From assembly GCF_043950625.1 (NCBI RefSeq), contig NZ_CP171007.1: 32,000 bases of DNA. One strand, 5' to 3'. The position numbers and the translations under genes were made by a program. The notes under the pieces were generated by a model that was not told the DNA's origin, did not search any database, and saw only the letters and a program-made list of their open reading frames with translations. This DNA comes from Alkanindiges sp. WGS2144. Lineage in GTDB: Bacteria; Pseudomonadota; Gammaproteobacteria; Pseudomonadales; Moraxellaceae. Shown piece by piece: positions 8,620-18,016 of the stretch. Within the stretch, counting starts at the first letter, position 1, and each line of letters begins with the position of its first letter.

Positions 8620-11259
8620 TCACGTCAATTGAGCAACATTGATTTTAGTCGTATCAATTTTCGCTGCTTCAGCCGTATATTCACCCATACGGTCAAAGTT
8701 CATGTAGCGATAAATTTCACCAGCCATACTGTCGATGTTTTGAGCATACTGCATATACTCTTCAACACTTGGCAGACGACCCAGTACCGCAGCTACAGAA
8801 GCCAGTTCCGCAGAAGCCAGATACACATTAGCGCCCTGACCTAAACGGTTCGGGAAGTTACGGGTAGAGGTAGACACACAAGTGGTGTTTGGCGCTACAC
8901 GAGCCTGGTTACCCATACACAATGAACAGCCTGGCATTTCGGTGCGGGCACCAGCACGACCATAAATGTTGTAATAACCTTCTTCCATCAGCTGATGCTC
9001 GTCCATACGGGTTGGCGGAGCTAGCCACAGACGGGTTGACAGTGAACCGCCTTCTACTTTTTCCAGCAATTTACCAGCTGCGCGGAAGTGACCAATGTTG
9101 GTCATGCAAGAACCAATGAATACTTCATCGATCTTATCGCCAGCAACATCAGACAATAGCTTGGCATCGTCTGGATCGTTAGGACAGCACAGGATTGGCT
9201 CTTTGATCTCGCTTAAGTCAATTTCATACACTTTAGCGTATTCAGCGTCGGCATCAGCACGGATCAGGCTTGGGTTATCCAGCCATTTCTGCATGTTTTC
9301 TGCACGACGTGCCAGTGTACGGGCATCGCCATAACCTTCAGCAATCATCCATTTAAGCATGGTGATGTTGGAAGTCAAGTATTCAGCAACAGACTTTTCA
9401 GACAGTGTGATCGAACAACCAGCCGCAGAACGCTCAGCAGACGCATCAGACAGCTCAAACGCTTGCTCAACAGTCAGGTCGCCTTCATATTCAGTCAGGT
9501 CAATCTCAAGGATACGGCCATTGAAAATGTTCTTCTTGCCTTTTTTCTCAACGGTTAAATCACCCGCTTGAATGGCAACATAAGGAATGGCATGAACCAG
9601 ATCACGCAAGGTGATGCCAGGCTGCATTTTACCTTTAAATTTCACCAGTACCGATTCAGGCATATCCAATGGCATAACCCCAGTTGCCGCAGCAAACGCG
9701 ACCAGACCAGAACCAGCCGGGAAAGAAATACCAATTGGGAAACGGGTATGCGAGTCACCACCAGTACCTACGGTATCTGGCAGCAGCATACGGTTTAACC
9801 AGGAGTGAATGATACCGTCACCTGGGCGCAAGCTCACCCCACCACGGTTCATGATGAAGTCTGGCAGCGTGTGATGCGTTACCACGTCAACTGGTTTTGG
9901 ATATGCCGCGGTGTGACAGAAAGACTGCATCACCAGATCAGCAGAGAAACCTAAACAGGCCAGGTCTTTTAACTCATCACGAGTCATTGGGCCAGTGGTA
10001 TCCTGAGAGCCAACTGTCGTCATTTTTGGTTCGCAATACGTACCTGGACGCACGCCCTGACCTTCTGGTAGGCCACAAGCACGCCCAACCATTTTTTGGG
10101 CCTGGGTATAACCTTTGCCAGTGTCAGCAGGTTGCTGTGGCTGACGGAACAAAGTAGATGGCTCAAGGCCTAATGCTTCACGCGCTTTGGTGGTTAAGCT
10201 GCGGCCAATGATTAGGTTAATACGGCCACCGGCACGTACTTCGTCCAGCAGTACTGGCGTTTTTAAATGGGATTCAGCAATTTGCTGGCCATTTTTAAAT
10301 GCAGTAACGGTAGCAGCTTCTTTATTGATTTTCAGGGTAACTTCATCACCCATATTCATGTCGTTGACATCAATTTCAACAGGCAGTGCACCAGCATCTT
10401 CCATGGTGTTGAAGAAGATCGGGGCAATTTTTCCACCTAGACACACACCACCATCTTTCTTGTTAGGAATATGGGGAATATCATTACCGAAAAACCACAG
10501 CACAGAGTTAGTGGCAGACTTACGGCTTGAACCTGTACCAACCACGTCACCTACATAAGCCACTGTGTTGCCTTTGGCAATCAGTTCCTTAATTTGGTTG
10601 ATCGGGCCTACTTCGCCTGGCTTTTCCGGGTTAATACCTTCGCGCGCATTTTTCAGCATGGCGTTGGCGTGCAGCGGAATATCAGGACGTGACCAGGCAT
10701 CCTGTGCAGGAGATAAGTCATCTGTGTTGGTTTCGCCAGTTACCTTAAATACAGTAATTTTAATTTCATCGGCAACATCTGGACGGCTAGTAAACCATTC
10801 GGCATCTGCCCATGACTTTAGAACGGCCTGTGCGTTGCTATTACCTGCTTTGGCTTTATCAGCAACATCGTGGAACGCATCAAATACCAACAAGGTTTTT
10901 TTCAGTGCTTCGGCTGAATCAGTGGCAAGCTCGGCATCATCTAGTAGGTCAACCAATGGAGCTACGTTATAGCCGCCTAGCATGGTACCTAACAGATAAA
11001 CAGCACGTTTTTTGGTGATTAAAGGAGAAGTAGCCTGACCTTTGGCAACAGCAGCTAAAAATGCAGCCTTAACATATGCGGCCTGATCTACACCGGCTGG
11101 TACGCGGTTTTCGATTAAATCAACCAGAAAATCTTCTTCACCCGCAGGTGGGCTCTTTAATAATTCAACCAGTTGAGCAGTTTGGGTTTCGTCCAGCGGT
11201 TTTGGCGGGACGCCCAGTGCAGCACGCTCGGCAACGTGTTGGCGGTAGGCTTCTAGCAC
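8620..11259 (-). CDS. acnB: Aconitate hydratase B (bifunctional aconitase 2 / 2-methylisocitrate dehydratase)
   Basis: Near full-length collinearity with E. coli AcnB. Matches include [48 protein letters not shown] and [12 protein letters not shown] trimmed the start to the GTG at 11259, preceded by AGAGGA. The ORF-track extension to 11307 has no AcnB counterpart. Confidence 0.97.
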   Translation of the reverse strand: MLEAYRQHVAERAALGVPPKPLDETQTAQLVELLKSPPAGEEDFLVDLIENRVPAGVDQAAYVKAAFLAAVAKGQATSPLITKKRAVYLLGTMLGGYNVAPLVDLLDDAELATDSAEALKKTLLVFDAFHDVADKAKAGNSNAQAVLKSWADAEWFTSRPDVADEIKITVFKVTGETNTDDLSPAQDAWSRPDIPLHANAMLKNAREGINPEKPGEVGPINQIKELIAKGNTVAYVGDVVGTGSSRKSATNSVLWFFGNDIPHIPNKKDGGVCLGGKIAPIFFNTMEDAGALPVEIDVNDMNMGDEVTLKINKEAATVTAFKNGQQIAESHLKTPVLLDEVRAGGRINLIIGRSLTTKAREALGLEPSTLFRQPQQPADTGKGYTQAQKMVGRACGLPEGQGVRPGTYCEPKMTTVGSQDTTGPMTRDELKDLACLGFSADLVMQSFCHTAAYPKPVDVVTHHTLPDFIMNRGGVSLRPGDGIIHSWLNRMLLPDTVGTGGDSHTRFPIGISFPAGSGLVAFAAATGVMPLDMPESVLVKFKGKMQPGITLRDLVHAIPYVAIQAGDLTVEKKGKKNIFNGRILEIDLTEYEGDLTVEQAFELSDASAERSAAGCSITLSEKSVAEYLTSNITMLKWMIAEGYGDARTLARRAENMQKWLDNPSLIRADADAEYAKVYEIDLSEIKEPILCCPNDPDDAKLLSDVAGDKIDEVFIGSCMTNIGHFRAAGKLLEKVEGGSLSTRLWLAPPTRMDEHQLMEEGYYNIYGRAGARTEMPGCSLCMGNQARVAPNTTCVSTSTRNFPNRLGQGANVYLASAELASVAAVLGRLPSVEEYMQYAQNIDSMAGEIYRYMNFDRMGEYTAEAAKIDTTKINVAQLT

Positions 11260-11480
11260 GGCGTTATTCCTCTTGTGGATGTGAATCGCATTTATAGAAC
11301 GGCACAATAAACACAGGTGCGATCCTTTGCAATTGTGAACTGGCCTATTTTACTCAATTTTGGCCCAAAAGTTAATGCCATAAAGGCACCTGTTGCAAAT
11401 GCCCATTATTTTTTTAATAAATAACAGTGGTTTTTCTTATTTTAACCCACTGCCTCTCTAGAAATACGCAGACCATTTAA

Positions 11481-11518
11481 AAATAAAGACGATGTATGAG
11501 TCTTAATCATACATCGTC
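11481..11518 (-). terminator. Rho-independent terminator after the KGG-repeat gene
   Basis: On the minus strand, GACGATGTATGA - 7-nt loop - TCATACATCGTC forms a perfect 12-bp stem followed by TTTATTTTT. It starts 18 nt after the stop codon. Confidence 0.85.
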
Positions 11519-11535
11519 CATTTTGTTAGACCAGA

Positions 11536-11982
11536 TTAGCGGTTCTGCTTGCTGGTAAACTGACCATCTTCATCACGTGACTGGTTGGCATTGTTGCCCC
11601 CACGACCGCTTTGGCTTTGGCTATGCTGGTTGCCACTATTCTTGCTGTGGCCACCTTGCTGATTGTTACTACTGCTATTGTTGCTTTGCATGTGCTGGTT
11701 ATTACCGTCATTTTTGTGGCTCTGACGGCCAGCCTCACGAGCTTCCTGGGAGTTAAATTCATGCGCATTACCGCTGGCATGAGCTGCTTTGCCACCTTCG
11801 CTGGCAATTTCGCGTTGACGCTCAGGATCCATACTGGCAAAACCACGGTTAGAAGTGCCGCCTCCTTGTTGTTGCTGGCCTTGATGACCCTGCTGTTGAT
11901 GCTGTTTGCCTTGACGATCATTCTCAGTGTACTGATTATGTCCCTGAGGATTGTTGCTGTGCTTATTTGATTGATTAGCCAT
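11536..11982 (-). CDS. KGG-repeat general stress protein (YciG/GsiB-like hydrophilin), Q/N/G/H-rich
   Basis: 148 aa with no hydrophobic core. The central RGFASMDPERQREIASEGGKAAH, followed by EFNSQEAREAGRQSH, matches the stress-induced KGG repeat motif. A strong SD (AAGGTAGGTG) and its own terminator are present. Confidence 0.7.
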   Translation of the reverse strand: MANQSNKHSNNPQGHNQYTENDRQGKQHQQQGHQGQQQQGGGTSNRGFASMDPERQREIASEGGKAAHASGNAHEFNSQEAREAGRQSHKNDGNNQHMQSNNSSSNNQQGGHSKNSGNQHSQSQSGRGGNNANQSRDEDGQFTSKQNR

Positions 11983-12860
11983 TTTACACCTACCTTAATT
12001 TGGTTAAAGCAAATAGTGAATCACATACCGCTTGACGGTTTAGATAAGGTAGGGGCAATATTCGCTTTACACTGTTTTAAAAGAGCTGGCTTTTTAGTAT
12101 TTTCCCTAAACCTTAAGTCATTGAATGTAAGTCAGGTAATTTTATATAAAAATGTATCAAAATATAATTAATTTTTATTTGCGATAATAAATTTATAGGT
12201 TAAGAAAAGTATTTTTATCTAAGTAGGTGAATGACATTATAAATTTTTAAATAAATCATTTTAAAAGAGTAAATTAAATTTTTTATATTCTATAATTGAT
12301 TGTCTTAATATGATAAGTTAATCAAAAACTTAGGCTCTGGGTAAGAGAGTATGTCGATGCTTAATTCTAGTTCTATGTATTCTGGATTACACTTAACTTC
12401 ATAATATGTCTCTAAGAGCTTTATAGATAAGGTGTCTAGCAAAGCTTGTGGTGCTGGTATGGATCGGCTTTAAGTAAAGAGCGATCAACATGGGGGGGGC
12501 AGAGAAAGTTATGGATTGATTTGAAAAATCAAATACCCTAACCCACTATAGAAAAAAATTTTAAGATAATTAGATATTCAATATTTTATAATATGCTGAT
12601 AATAATTAAATTTTAATAGATTCATACTTGTTGTAGTAAATCTCTGTAATGAATTTAATAAAATATAAGCAAGTTAATTTGAATAGTAATTCTAGTTTTT
12701 AAGATAAAATATTTAGTTGATTATACAAGTAGTTAGGTTTATTGATATTAACCCAGTATTGGTTAGTTTATAAATTTGTTATTTAAACCTTGTTCGTCTT
12801 TTAAAAAGAAATTTTTTGGATTAGTAATAAACCTTGTTCTAATAGAAGGGTAGTAAGATT

Positions 12861-13739
12861 ATGAGCACGATATTGATTACCGGTGCGGGTACCGGATTTG
12901 GCCGTGAATCTGCGATGCGTCTGGCAGAAAAAGGCCATGCGGTTATTGCCGCTGTAGAGATTTTTCCGCAAATTTTTGAGCTGGAGCAGGAAGCAAAAAA
13001 ACGCGGTATCGAACTCCAGGTTGAAAAACTGGATGTTACTAATCCTAAGGATCGTGAGAAAGCATGGAAGTGGGATATTGATATTTTGCTGAATAATGCT
13101 GGAGTTGCTGAGGGTGGCTCAGTAATAGACATTCCTGAGAAAAACTTGCGTCACCAGTTTGAGGTGAATGTCTTTGGCACTATTTTACTCACTCAGGGTT
13201 TTGCCAGAACCATGGTTGATAAGAAAGAAGGCAAGATCATTTTTATGTCCTCTATTGAAGGGCTGGTCGCAGACCCTTTCTCAGGTCCCTATGCAGCTAC
13301 CAAACATGCGTTAGAAGCATTTGCCAGCTCTCTTCATAAGGAGGTTAAGGAGTTTGGTATTCAGGTTGCCACCATTAATCCCGGGCCTTATTTGACTGGT
13401 TTCAATGACCGCATGTATGAAACCTGGAAGAATTGGGAAGACAACCCCAGTCAGCGGGTATTTGATTATGAAAAGCTGGCCTTTCCCCATATGCAGCTTG
13501 ATTCGGAACCTGTCTATGACATGGTAATTAGCGTGGTGACAGGAAAGACAAGACAGTATCGTAATCTGGTACCTAAAGCGATGCGTAAACAGGTTCAGGC
13601 GATGATGGCTGCCGAGTGGGAGCTGGAGCAAAACTCGACCTCCGGCAAACGGGACAATGTGGTGGAGCAGGCTTATAAAATGAAACCTGGTACTGCTGTA
13701 AAACCTTTTATTTTGAACAGAATTCTTGGAGGATTTTAA
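12861..13739 (+). CDS. Short-chain dehydrogenase/reductase (classical SDR), substrate unknown
   Basis: 292 aa. It has the TGAGTGFG cofactor motif, NNAG, and the catalytic S...YAATKHA (Ser-Tyr-Lys) triad. A GAAGGG SD is present. Confidence 0.85.
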   Translation: MSTILITGAGTGFGRESAMRLAEKGHAVIAAVEIFPQIFELEQEAKKRGIELQVEKLDVTNPKDREKAWKWDIDILLNNAGVAEGGSVIDIPEKNLRHQFEVNVFGTILLTQGFARTMVDKKEGKIIFMSSIEGLVADPFSGPYAATKHALEAFASSLHKEVKEFGIQVATINPGPYLTGFNDRMYETWKNWEDNPSQRVFDYEKLAFPHMQLDSEPVYDMVISVVTGKTRQYRNLVPKAMRKQVQAMMAAEWELEQNSTSGKRDNVVEQAYKMKPGTAVKPFILNRILGGF

Positions 13740-13769
13740 AAGTCATCGTACAGATAAGTTTTATTGATT

Positions 13770-13803
13770 ACCGTCTGGGCGTCTCATCCAGGCGGTTTTT
13801 ATT
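13770..13803 (+). terminator. Rho-independent terminator after the SDR gene
   Basis: ACCGTCTGG / CCAGGCGGT forms a stem with one G-U pair and a 9-nt loop, followed by TTTTTATT. Confidence 0.7.
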
Positions 13804-13948
13804 ATGTCCTCTACAGTTACATGGTTATTTGAAGAGTAGCATTTTAAGGTTGATATATATTTCACAAAGCGGCGCTGGAAGCTCTTGCAATAGGAAAGCA
13901 CAGAAAATAAAATTTATTTTTAATAAAATAACCTAGGAAAACAAAGCC

Positions 13949-14398
13949 ATGGGTTGGAAAGGTCTTCTGGCAACATTATTGACTATCTCAACTTTGTCTC
14001 ATGCACAAGTAATGAAGTGTATTGACTCTAAAGGAAGTATTACTTTTTCTGATAGTGGCTGCCATTCGAGCCAAAAATCCTCCATGGTTAAGGTAATTGC
14101 TAAAACAAATACGAGCCAATTAGAAGAACGCCCTGATTACTCCTACGATCAGCCCTATAGTAAGGCCAGCCTTGAGCGAGAGCAGCGTTATAATACCCGG
14201 ATGAATGAATATCGAAAGTCTGCCAAGTATGCTTCTGACCGATATCGCGCCCAGGAGTATGAAGACGAAATTCGTCGCACAAATGAAGAGCGGATGCGGA
14301 ATATGGATCAGTTACGGATATATGGCGCCAGCTCGAATACATATCCTGCAACCCGCAAAGCTTGTCAATACTTTGGTAATCAACTACGGTGCAATTAA
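13949..14398 (+). CDS. Secreted DUF4124-like protein with an R/E/Y-rich helical region
   Basis: 149 aa with a signal peptide (LLATLLTISTLSHA-Q). The MKCIDSKGSITFSDSGC segment resembles the DUF4124 N-terminal motif. An AGGAAA SD is present. Function is unknown. Confidence 0.5.
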   Translation: MGWKGLLATLLTISTLSHAQVMKCIDSKGSITFSDSGCHSSQKSSMVKVIAKTNTSQLEERPDYSYDQPYSKASLEREQRYNTRMNEYRKSAKYASDRYRAQEYEDEIRRTNEERMRNMDQLRIYGASSNTYPATRKACQYFGNQLRCN

Positions 14399-14449
14399 TA
14401 AACAGGATAAATTAAAATGTTGAGAGATGATATTTTTATGAGAATTATA

Positions 14450-14526
<77 letters not shown>

Positions 14527-14570
14527 GGAAAAACAAAAAACCAATGAAATCATGGGCTTAATTGGCGTAA

Positions 14571-14599
14571 ATTTTACAGTATTTGCCTCCTACCTGCAA
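14571..14599 (-). promoter_or_regulatory. Candidate sigma70 promoter for the tRNA
   Basis: The minus strand reads TTGCAG - 17 nt - TAAAAT, about 45 nt upstream of the mature tRNA 5' end. Confidence 0.45.
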
Positions 14600-14890
14600 G
14601 AAAACTATTTGTGTAGACGCTATGTAGGCAGAAAGCACTGTAAATGAATGCGCGGCAGATAATACACCATGTCCTTACGCTAGCAAAGGCTAAAGCTTAG
14701 CTTTTTATTAAATTGGTTTATTTTTCATCAAAATATAGACGACTCAGTCAGTAATATAATAAAAAATAGCCAATATGACTAAGCAGGTTTTTCATTGAGC
14801 TAAATGATGGTCACTTCGGTAGAGCTTAATCCCGCAACAATGCCCTGGAAAATGTTAAAATTTTAAAAAATTTACCTAAATATTTTTAGT

Positions 14891-15607
14891 ATGTATCTTG
14901 AGAAAATTCTGCAATCGCAAGGCTTTGGTAGTCGTAAACATTGCCGTCACTTGATTGGAAATGGTGCAGTAACGGTTCAGGGTGAAATCTACCGTGATCC
15001 CAAGGCCAGCTTTGATGTCCATAATCTGGAATTTAGCGTTGCTGGTGAAAAATGGCTTTATCGGGAAAAAATATATATTGCGCTCAATAAACCAGCAGGT
15101 TATGAGTGCTCACATCAGCCGCAGCACCATTCCAGTGTATTTAGCCTATTGCCTGTGCAGTTTGTTGAGCGTGGTGTGCAATGTGTTGGGCGACTGGATC
15201 AGGACAGTACTGGGCTTTTATTGCTAACGGATGATGGTGCTTTTTTACAGGCTTTAACCCATCCCAAAAAGCACGTACCCAAGCGTTACGTGGTAACAAC
15301 CAGCCGGGAAATTACCAATGAACACATCCTGCAACTAAAGCAGGGCGTAGTACTACGTAATGAGCAGGGGATTTATGTAGCTGATGATTGTATAAAAATT
15401 GAGGAGAATCAGCTAATTCTCACTATCCATCAAGGTTTATATCATCAGGTGAAGCGAATGATTGCTGCGGTGGGTAACCATGTCGATGCCTTGCACCGCG
15501 AGCAGGTAGGACAATTAAAACTGCCTGAAATGTTGGCCGCCGGCCAATGGCTGTACTTAACGACTGAGCAACAACAGGCAGCCAGACAGGCAAGTTCTCT
15601 GACTTGA
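14891..15607 (+). CDS. rsuA: RsuA/RluB-family pseudouridine synthase (RsuA-like, 16S rRNA psi516 type)
   Basis: 238 aa. It has an N-terminal S4 domain (LEKILQSQGFGSRKHCRHLI), the catalytic GRLDQDSTGLLLLTDDG and YHQVKRM. It is collinear with E. coli RsuA. The exact rRNA target is not determinable from sequence. Confidence 0.75.
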   Translation: MYLEKILQSQGFGSRKHCRHLIGNGAVTVQGEIYRDPKASFDVHNLEFSVAGEKWLYREKIYIALNKPAGYECSHQPQHHSSVFSLLPVQFVERGVQCVGRLDQDSTGLLLLTDDGAFLQALTHPKKHVPKRYVVTTSREITNEHILQLKQGVVLRNEQGIYVADDCIKIEENQLILTIHQGLYHQVKRMIAAVGNHVDALHREQVGQLKLPEMLAAGQWLYLTTEQQQAARQASSLT

Positions 15608-15622
15608 AAGTCTTGGGCTCAT

Positions 15623-16453
15623 CTATTTCTGGTTGTTTTCCTCGCCAGTGTTTAGATCGATTTCGCGCTTAATTTCTTCAATTACTGCCTGATCCTCTTC
15701 AGATAAGGGTAGCGGCTCCTGGCTTTTCATGCAAAAATCCGGGTCAATCTGGGTCAGGCTATTGCAGATATCTTCCAGGCGCTGGTCGGTTTTTTGCATG
15801 TGATCCAGTAAAATCCTAAAAGCATCCATCATAGGATCAGAAGTGTTAGGGACTGCTGCATAAGGCTGAAAGCCAATAGATTTGGCATAATTGATACGAC
15901 GACTATCTTCAGCGCTAATCCCATTGGCTGGCGCTTTATGCTCTTTTAAAATATAACGTGCAGGATTGCCAATCGCCGTTGCCTCAGCAGGAACCGGCTT
16001 GGTCACCACGGCATTAGAGCCAATCTTGGCATTTTTGCCCACCACAAACGGGCCTAATATTTTGGCACCAGCACCTACCACCACACCGTCTTCAAGGGTG
16101 GGATGGCGCTTGCCTTTTTTCCAGGTTGTGCCGCCTAGTGTGACGCTATGATAAAGGGTGACATCATTGCCAATTTCGGCGGTTTCACCGATTACAACAC
16201 CCATGCCATGATCAATAAAAAAGCGCTTGCCAATTCTGGCACCGGGGTGAATTTCAATGCCAGTTAAAAAACGGTTAAAGGTAGACAAGCCACGCGCTGT
16301 GGCTTTAAATTGTTTTTTCCAGAGTTGATGCGCTACCCGGTGCATAATCAGGGCATGAATACCGGGATAAGTCAGTAAAACTTCCAGAGCGTTACGGGCA
16401 GCCGGATCTCTGGCAAATACGGCGTCGATATCTTCTTTGAGCTGCTTAAACAT
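15623..16453 (-). CDS. cysE: Serine O-acetyltransferase
   Basis: Matches include [59 protein letters not shown], the hexapeptide repeats and KRHPT. I set the start at ATG 16453, which is an 8-nt overlap with the trmJ stop (AATGTTTAA). The ORF-track N-terminal 26 aa lie inside trmJ. Confidence 0.9.
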   Translation of the reverse strand: MFKQLKEDIDAVFARDPAARNALEVLLTYPGIHALIMHRVAHQLWKKQFKATARGLSTFNRFLTGIEIHPGARIGKRFFIDHGMGVVIGETAEIGNDVTLYHSVTLGGTTWKKGKRHPTLEDGVVVGAGAKILGPFVVGKNAKIGSNAVVTKPVPAEATAIGNPARYILKEHKAPANGISAEDSRRINYAKSIGFQPYAAVPNTSDPMMDAFRILLDHMQKTDQRLEDICNSLTQIDPDFCMKSQEPLPLSEEDQAVIEEIKREIDLNTGEENNQK

Positions 16454-17336
16454 TAGACTGCGTATCCTGTGAGCTTTCGGTAGGCTGAGCGGGCGAGCGG
16501 CTAGTGCTCGTATTTGGAGGCCATGAACCACGACTTAAAGCCTGTACGCGGCCAAAAATCCCGCGCAGTAAATTGTATTCCATCCGGTCAAGCTGGATTC
16601 TGCCAAACAAGCGCTTAAGCCTTAATGGTAAAAGGCGTGGATTTTGCGGGTCTATAAAATCAATGTCGGCCAGCATGGCTTCCAGATGCGGATAAAACTG
16701 TTGCATTTGTGCCTGGGTGACCAAAGGTTCATCCCATTGCATACTCTGGCCTCCCGGTAGGGGCATCTGTTCTGGTGTGTTGTCGGACTGCTGCTGTGTT
16801 TGTAATTGTTCCAAAGCACACATGCGTAGCTCATAGCAGACCACCTGAATAGCCGCTGCCACATTCAGCACGCCATATTCTTCGTTGACTGGAATCGTTA
16901 AATGATAATTGACTAGTGCCAGTTCTTCATTAGTCAGGCCGCGATCTTCCCGGCCAAATACAATGGCGATATCCTGCTGTTTAGTGGCTTGGACAATGGC
17001 AAGTTCACAGGCTGGTCGAGCTTCCAGCAAAGGCCAGGGAATGGTACGGCTACGCGCACTGGTACCAAATACCAGCTGGCAGTCACTAATCGCCTGTTCC
17101 AGCGTTTCTACTACCACCGCCTGGTCCAGAATATCCGCCGCACCAGAAGCCAGTGCCGTGGCATCACCGCTGGGAAAGGTTTTAGGTGCAACCAGTACCA
17201 TTTTGGAGAGACCCATGGTTTTCATGGCACGAGCTGCTGCCCCAATATTGGCAGGCAGTGTGGTATTTACCATAACAATGCGTACACGGTCTAACAATAA
17301 GTTTGACTGTTGAGCAGTTACAGGGGTATTGCGCAA
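16446..17336 (-). CDS. trmJ: tRNA (cytidine/uridine-2'-O)-methyltransferase TrmJ (SpoU/TrmH class)
   Basis: [45 protein letters not shown] and [13 protein letters not shown] are collinear with E. coli TrmJ. The start codon is uncertain: TTG at 17336 has no SD. Confidence 0.85.
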   Translation of the reverse strand: MRNTPVTAQQSNLLLDRVRIVMVNTTLPANIGAAARAMKTMGLSKMVLVAPKTFPSGDATALASGAADILDQAVVVETLEQAISDCQLVFGTSARSRTIPWPLLEARPACELAIVQATKQQDIAIVFGREDRGLTNEELALVNYHLTIPVNEEYGVLNVAAAIQVVCYELRMCALEQLQTQQQSDNTPEQMPLPGGQSMQWDEPLVTQAQMQQFYPHLEAMLADIDFIDPQNPRLLPLRLKRLFGRIQLDRMEYNLLRGIFGRVQALSRGSWPPNTSTSRSPAQPTESSQDTQSNV

Positions 17337-17456
17337 AATAAACTCGCTTAAGCTTTTATGATTGCAGGCATTTTAGAGTAACAGAGGCTATAACGCATAA
17401 CAATTTATACAAAAAAAGCTCCTGATCTGTTTGTGGCTGCGTTGCGTGTGTTTAAC

Positions 17457-17762
17457 TTATAAGGGAATAGGAAGTACACAGCAAAATACGCCTGCCTGTG
17501 CTTGCCCGGTTTCCTTAAGTTGCCGGGCAGCCTGTTGGCAGTGCCTAAGCTGCTGCGCAATTGCGGGTAAGCCTTCTGCCACACCCTGTGTCTGGACAAT
17601 AAGTTTAATGGCTGCTGAGCAGGTAGCGTCGCCATATAGCTGACCTGCGGCGCATTTAAAGCCTTTGATTGGAGAAATATGACGCTGATAGCCTTCAATC
17701 AGTTTTTGAGCCATAAGATCAATAATTCGCTGGTTGGAAGCTTTATAAAGTTGATAGCGCAT
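17457..17762 (-). CDS. Hypothetical Cys-rich protein with a YidD-like (PF01809-like) core
   Basis: LIEGYQRHISPIKGFKC...ATCS....G.....LRHC resembles the YidD pattern YQR-ISP--G--C---CS...RC, but with a longer spacer between the first two Cys. The start could be ATG 17780 or ATG 17762. This is my motif comparison only. Confidence 0.4.
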   Translation of the reverse strand: MRYQLYKASNQRIIDLMAQKLIEGYQRHISPIKGFKCAAGQLYGDATCSAAIKLIVQTQGVAEGLPAIAQQLRHCQQAARQLKETGQAQAGVFCCVLPIPL

Positions 17763-18016
17763 AGGAAATTCCCTGAGCATTATTTAAGTTCCAGCATAAA
17801 AGGCATTATTAAAAGGCGTGGTAAAAAGTTGTTGTTTTTTAATAGGCTTATTTTACTTAATTATCTTGCAATGCAAATGTAATGACAACATTTGAATGAT
17901 ACACAAAATTAGTGAAATGAATCATCCTGATCTTTGCTGATCCAGTTTAAGCCAAATGAAAGGATGAGCAGGTTCAGCCATGACTTTCTGGAGTGAACCC
18001 GCTTAAGAAGCTTGAC

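Noticed and set aside
8629-11297. A chain of about 12 plus-strand ORFs (65-135 aa) tiling the antisense strand of acnB
   Set aside because: They lie entirely inside a very well-supported, highly conserved gene on the opposite strand. Their low-complexity S/A/R-rich translations carry no recognisable motifs, and they lack SD sequences. This is the usual antisense open-frame artefact.
11260-11307. ORF-track N-terminal extensions of acnB (to 11307), cysE (to 16531), the second ABC-2 permease (to 26903) and alaA (to 24441)
   Set aside because: The homologous proteins begin at the internal starts I chose (GTG 11259, ATG 16453, ATG 26777, ATG 24384). These have SD sequences or classic start/stop overlaps. 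The extra residues overlap upstream genes or lack any counterpart.
11526-11970. Two alternative ORFs (131 aa minus strand, 119 aa plus strand) overlapping the KGG-repeat gene
   Set aside because: They are by-products of the repetitive CAG/CAA/GGN-rich sequence. Only the 148-aa frame has a recognisable KGG motif, a strong SD and a terminator placed right after its stop.
12581-12612. Possible dif/XerCD-like site or replication-origin features (DnaA boxes, DUE) in the AT-rich spacer
   Set aside because: The best dif-like stretch (ATTTTATAATATGCTGATAATAATTAAAT) matches only about half of each Xer arm of the consensus I recall. I found no TTATCCACA-type DnaA boxes. The resemblance comes from AT richness alone.
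11481-14449. A genomic island integrated at the tRNA
   Set aside because: There is no integrase, transposase or phage gene, and no direct repeat of the tRNA 3' end. I keep it only as a low-confidence 'variable region' finding, not as a mobile-element call.
14600-14710. A possible plus-strand sRNA ending at a weak GCTAA-AGC-TTAGC-TTTTTA hairpin between the tRNA and rsuA
   Set aside because: The stem is only 5 bp with a 3-nt loop, and the candidate promoter is weak. This would need RNA-seq, so I do not report it as a feature.
17405-17698. A 97-aa minus-strand ORF in a different frame over the YidD-like locus
   Set aside because: It overlaps the frame that carries the YQRxISP / Cys pattern, has no motif of its own, and runs into the trmJ upstream region. 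The 107-aa frame is the better, though still tentative, candidate.
17890-17975. A 19-aa minus-strand mini-ORF (MAEPAHPFIWLKLDQQRSG) and weak hairpins downstream of dnaE
   Set aside because: It has no SD and the stems are only 4-5 bp. Nothing distinguishes it from chance in a 235-bp spacer.
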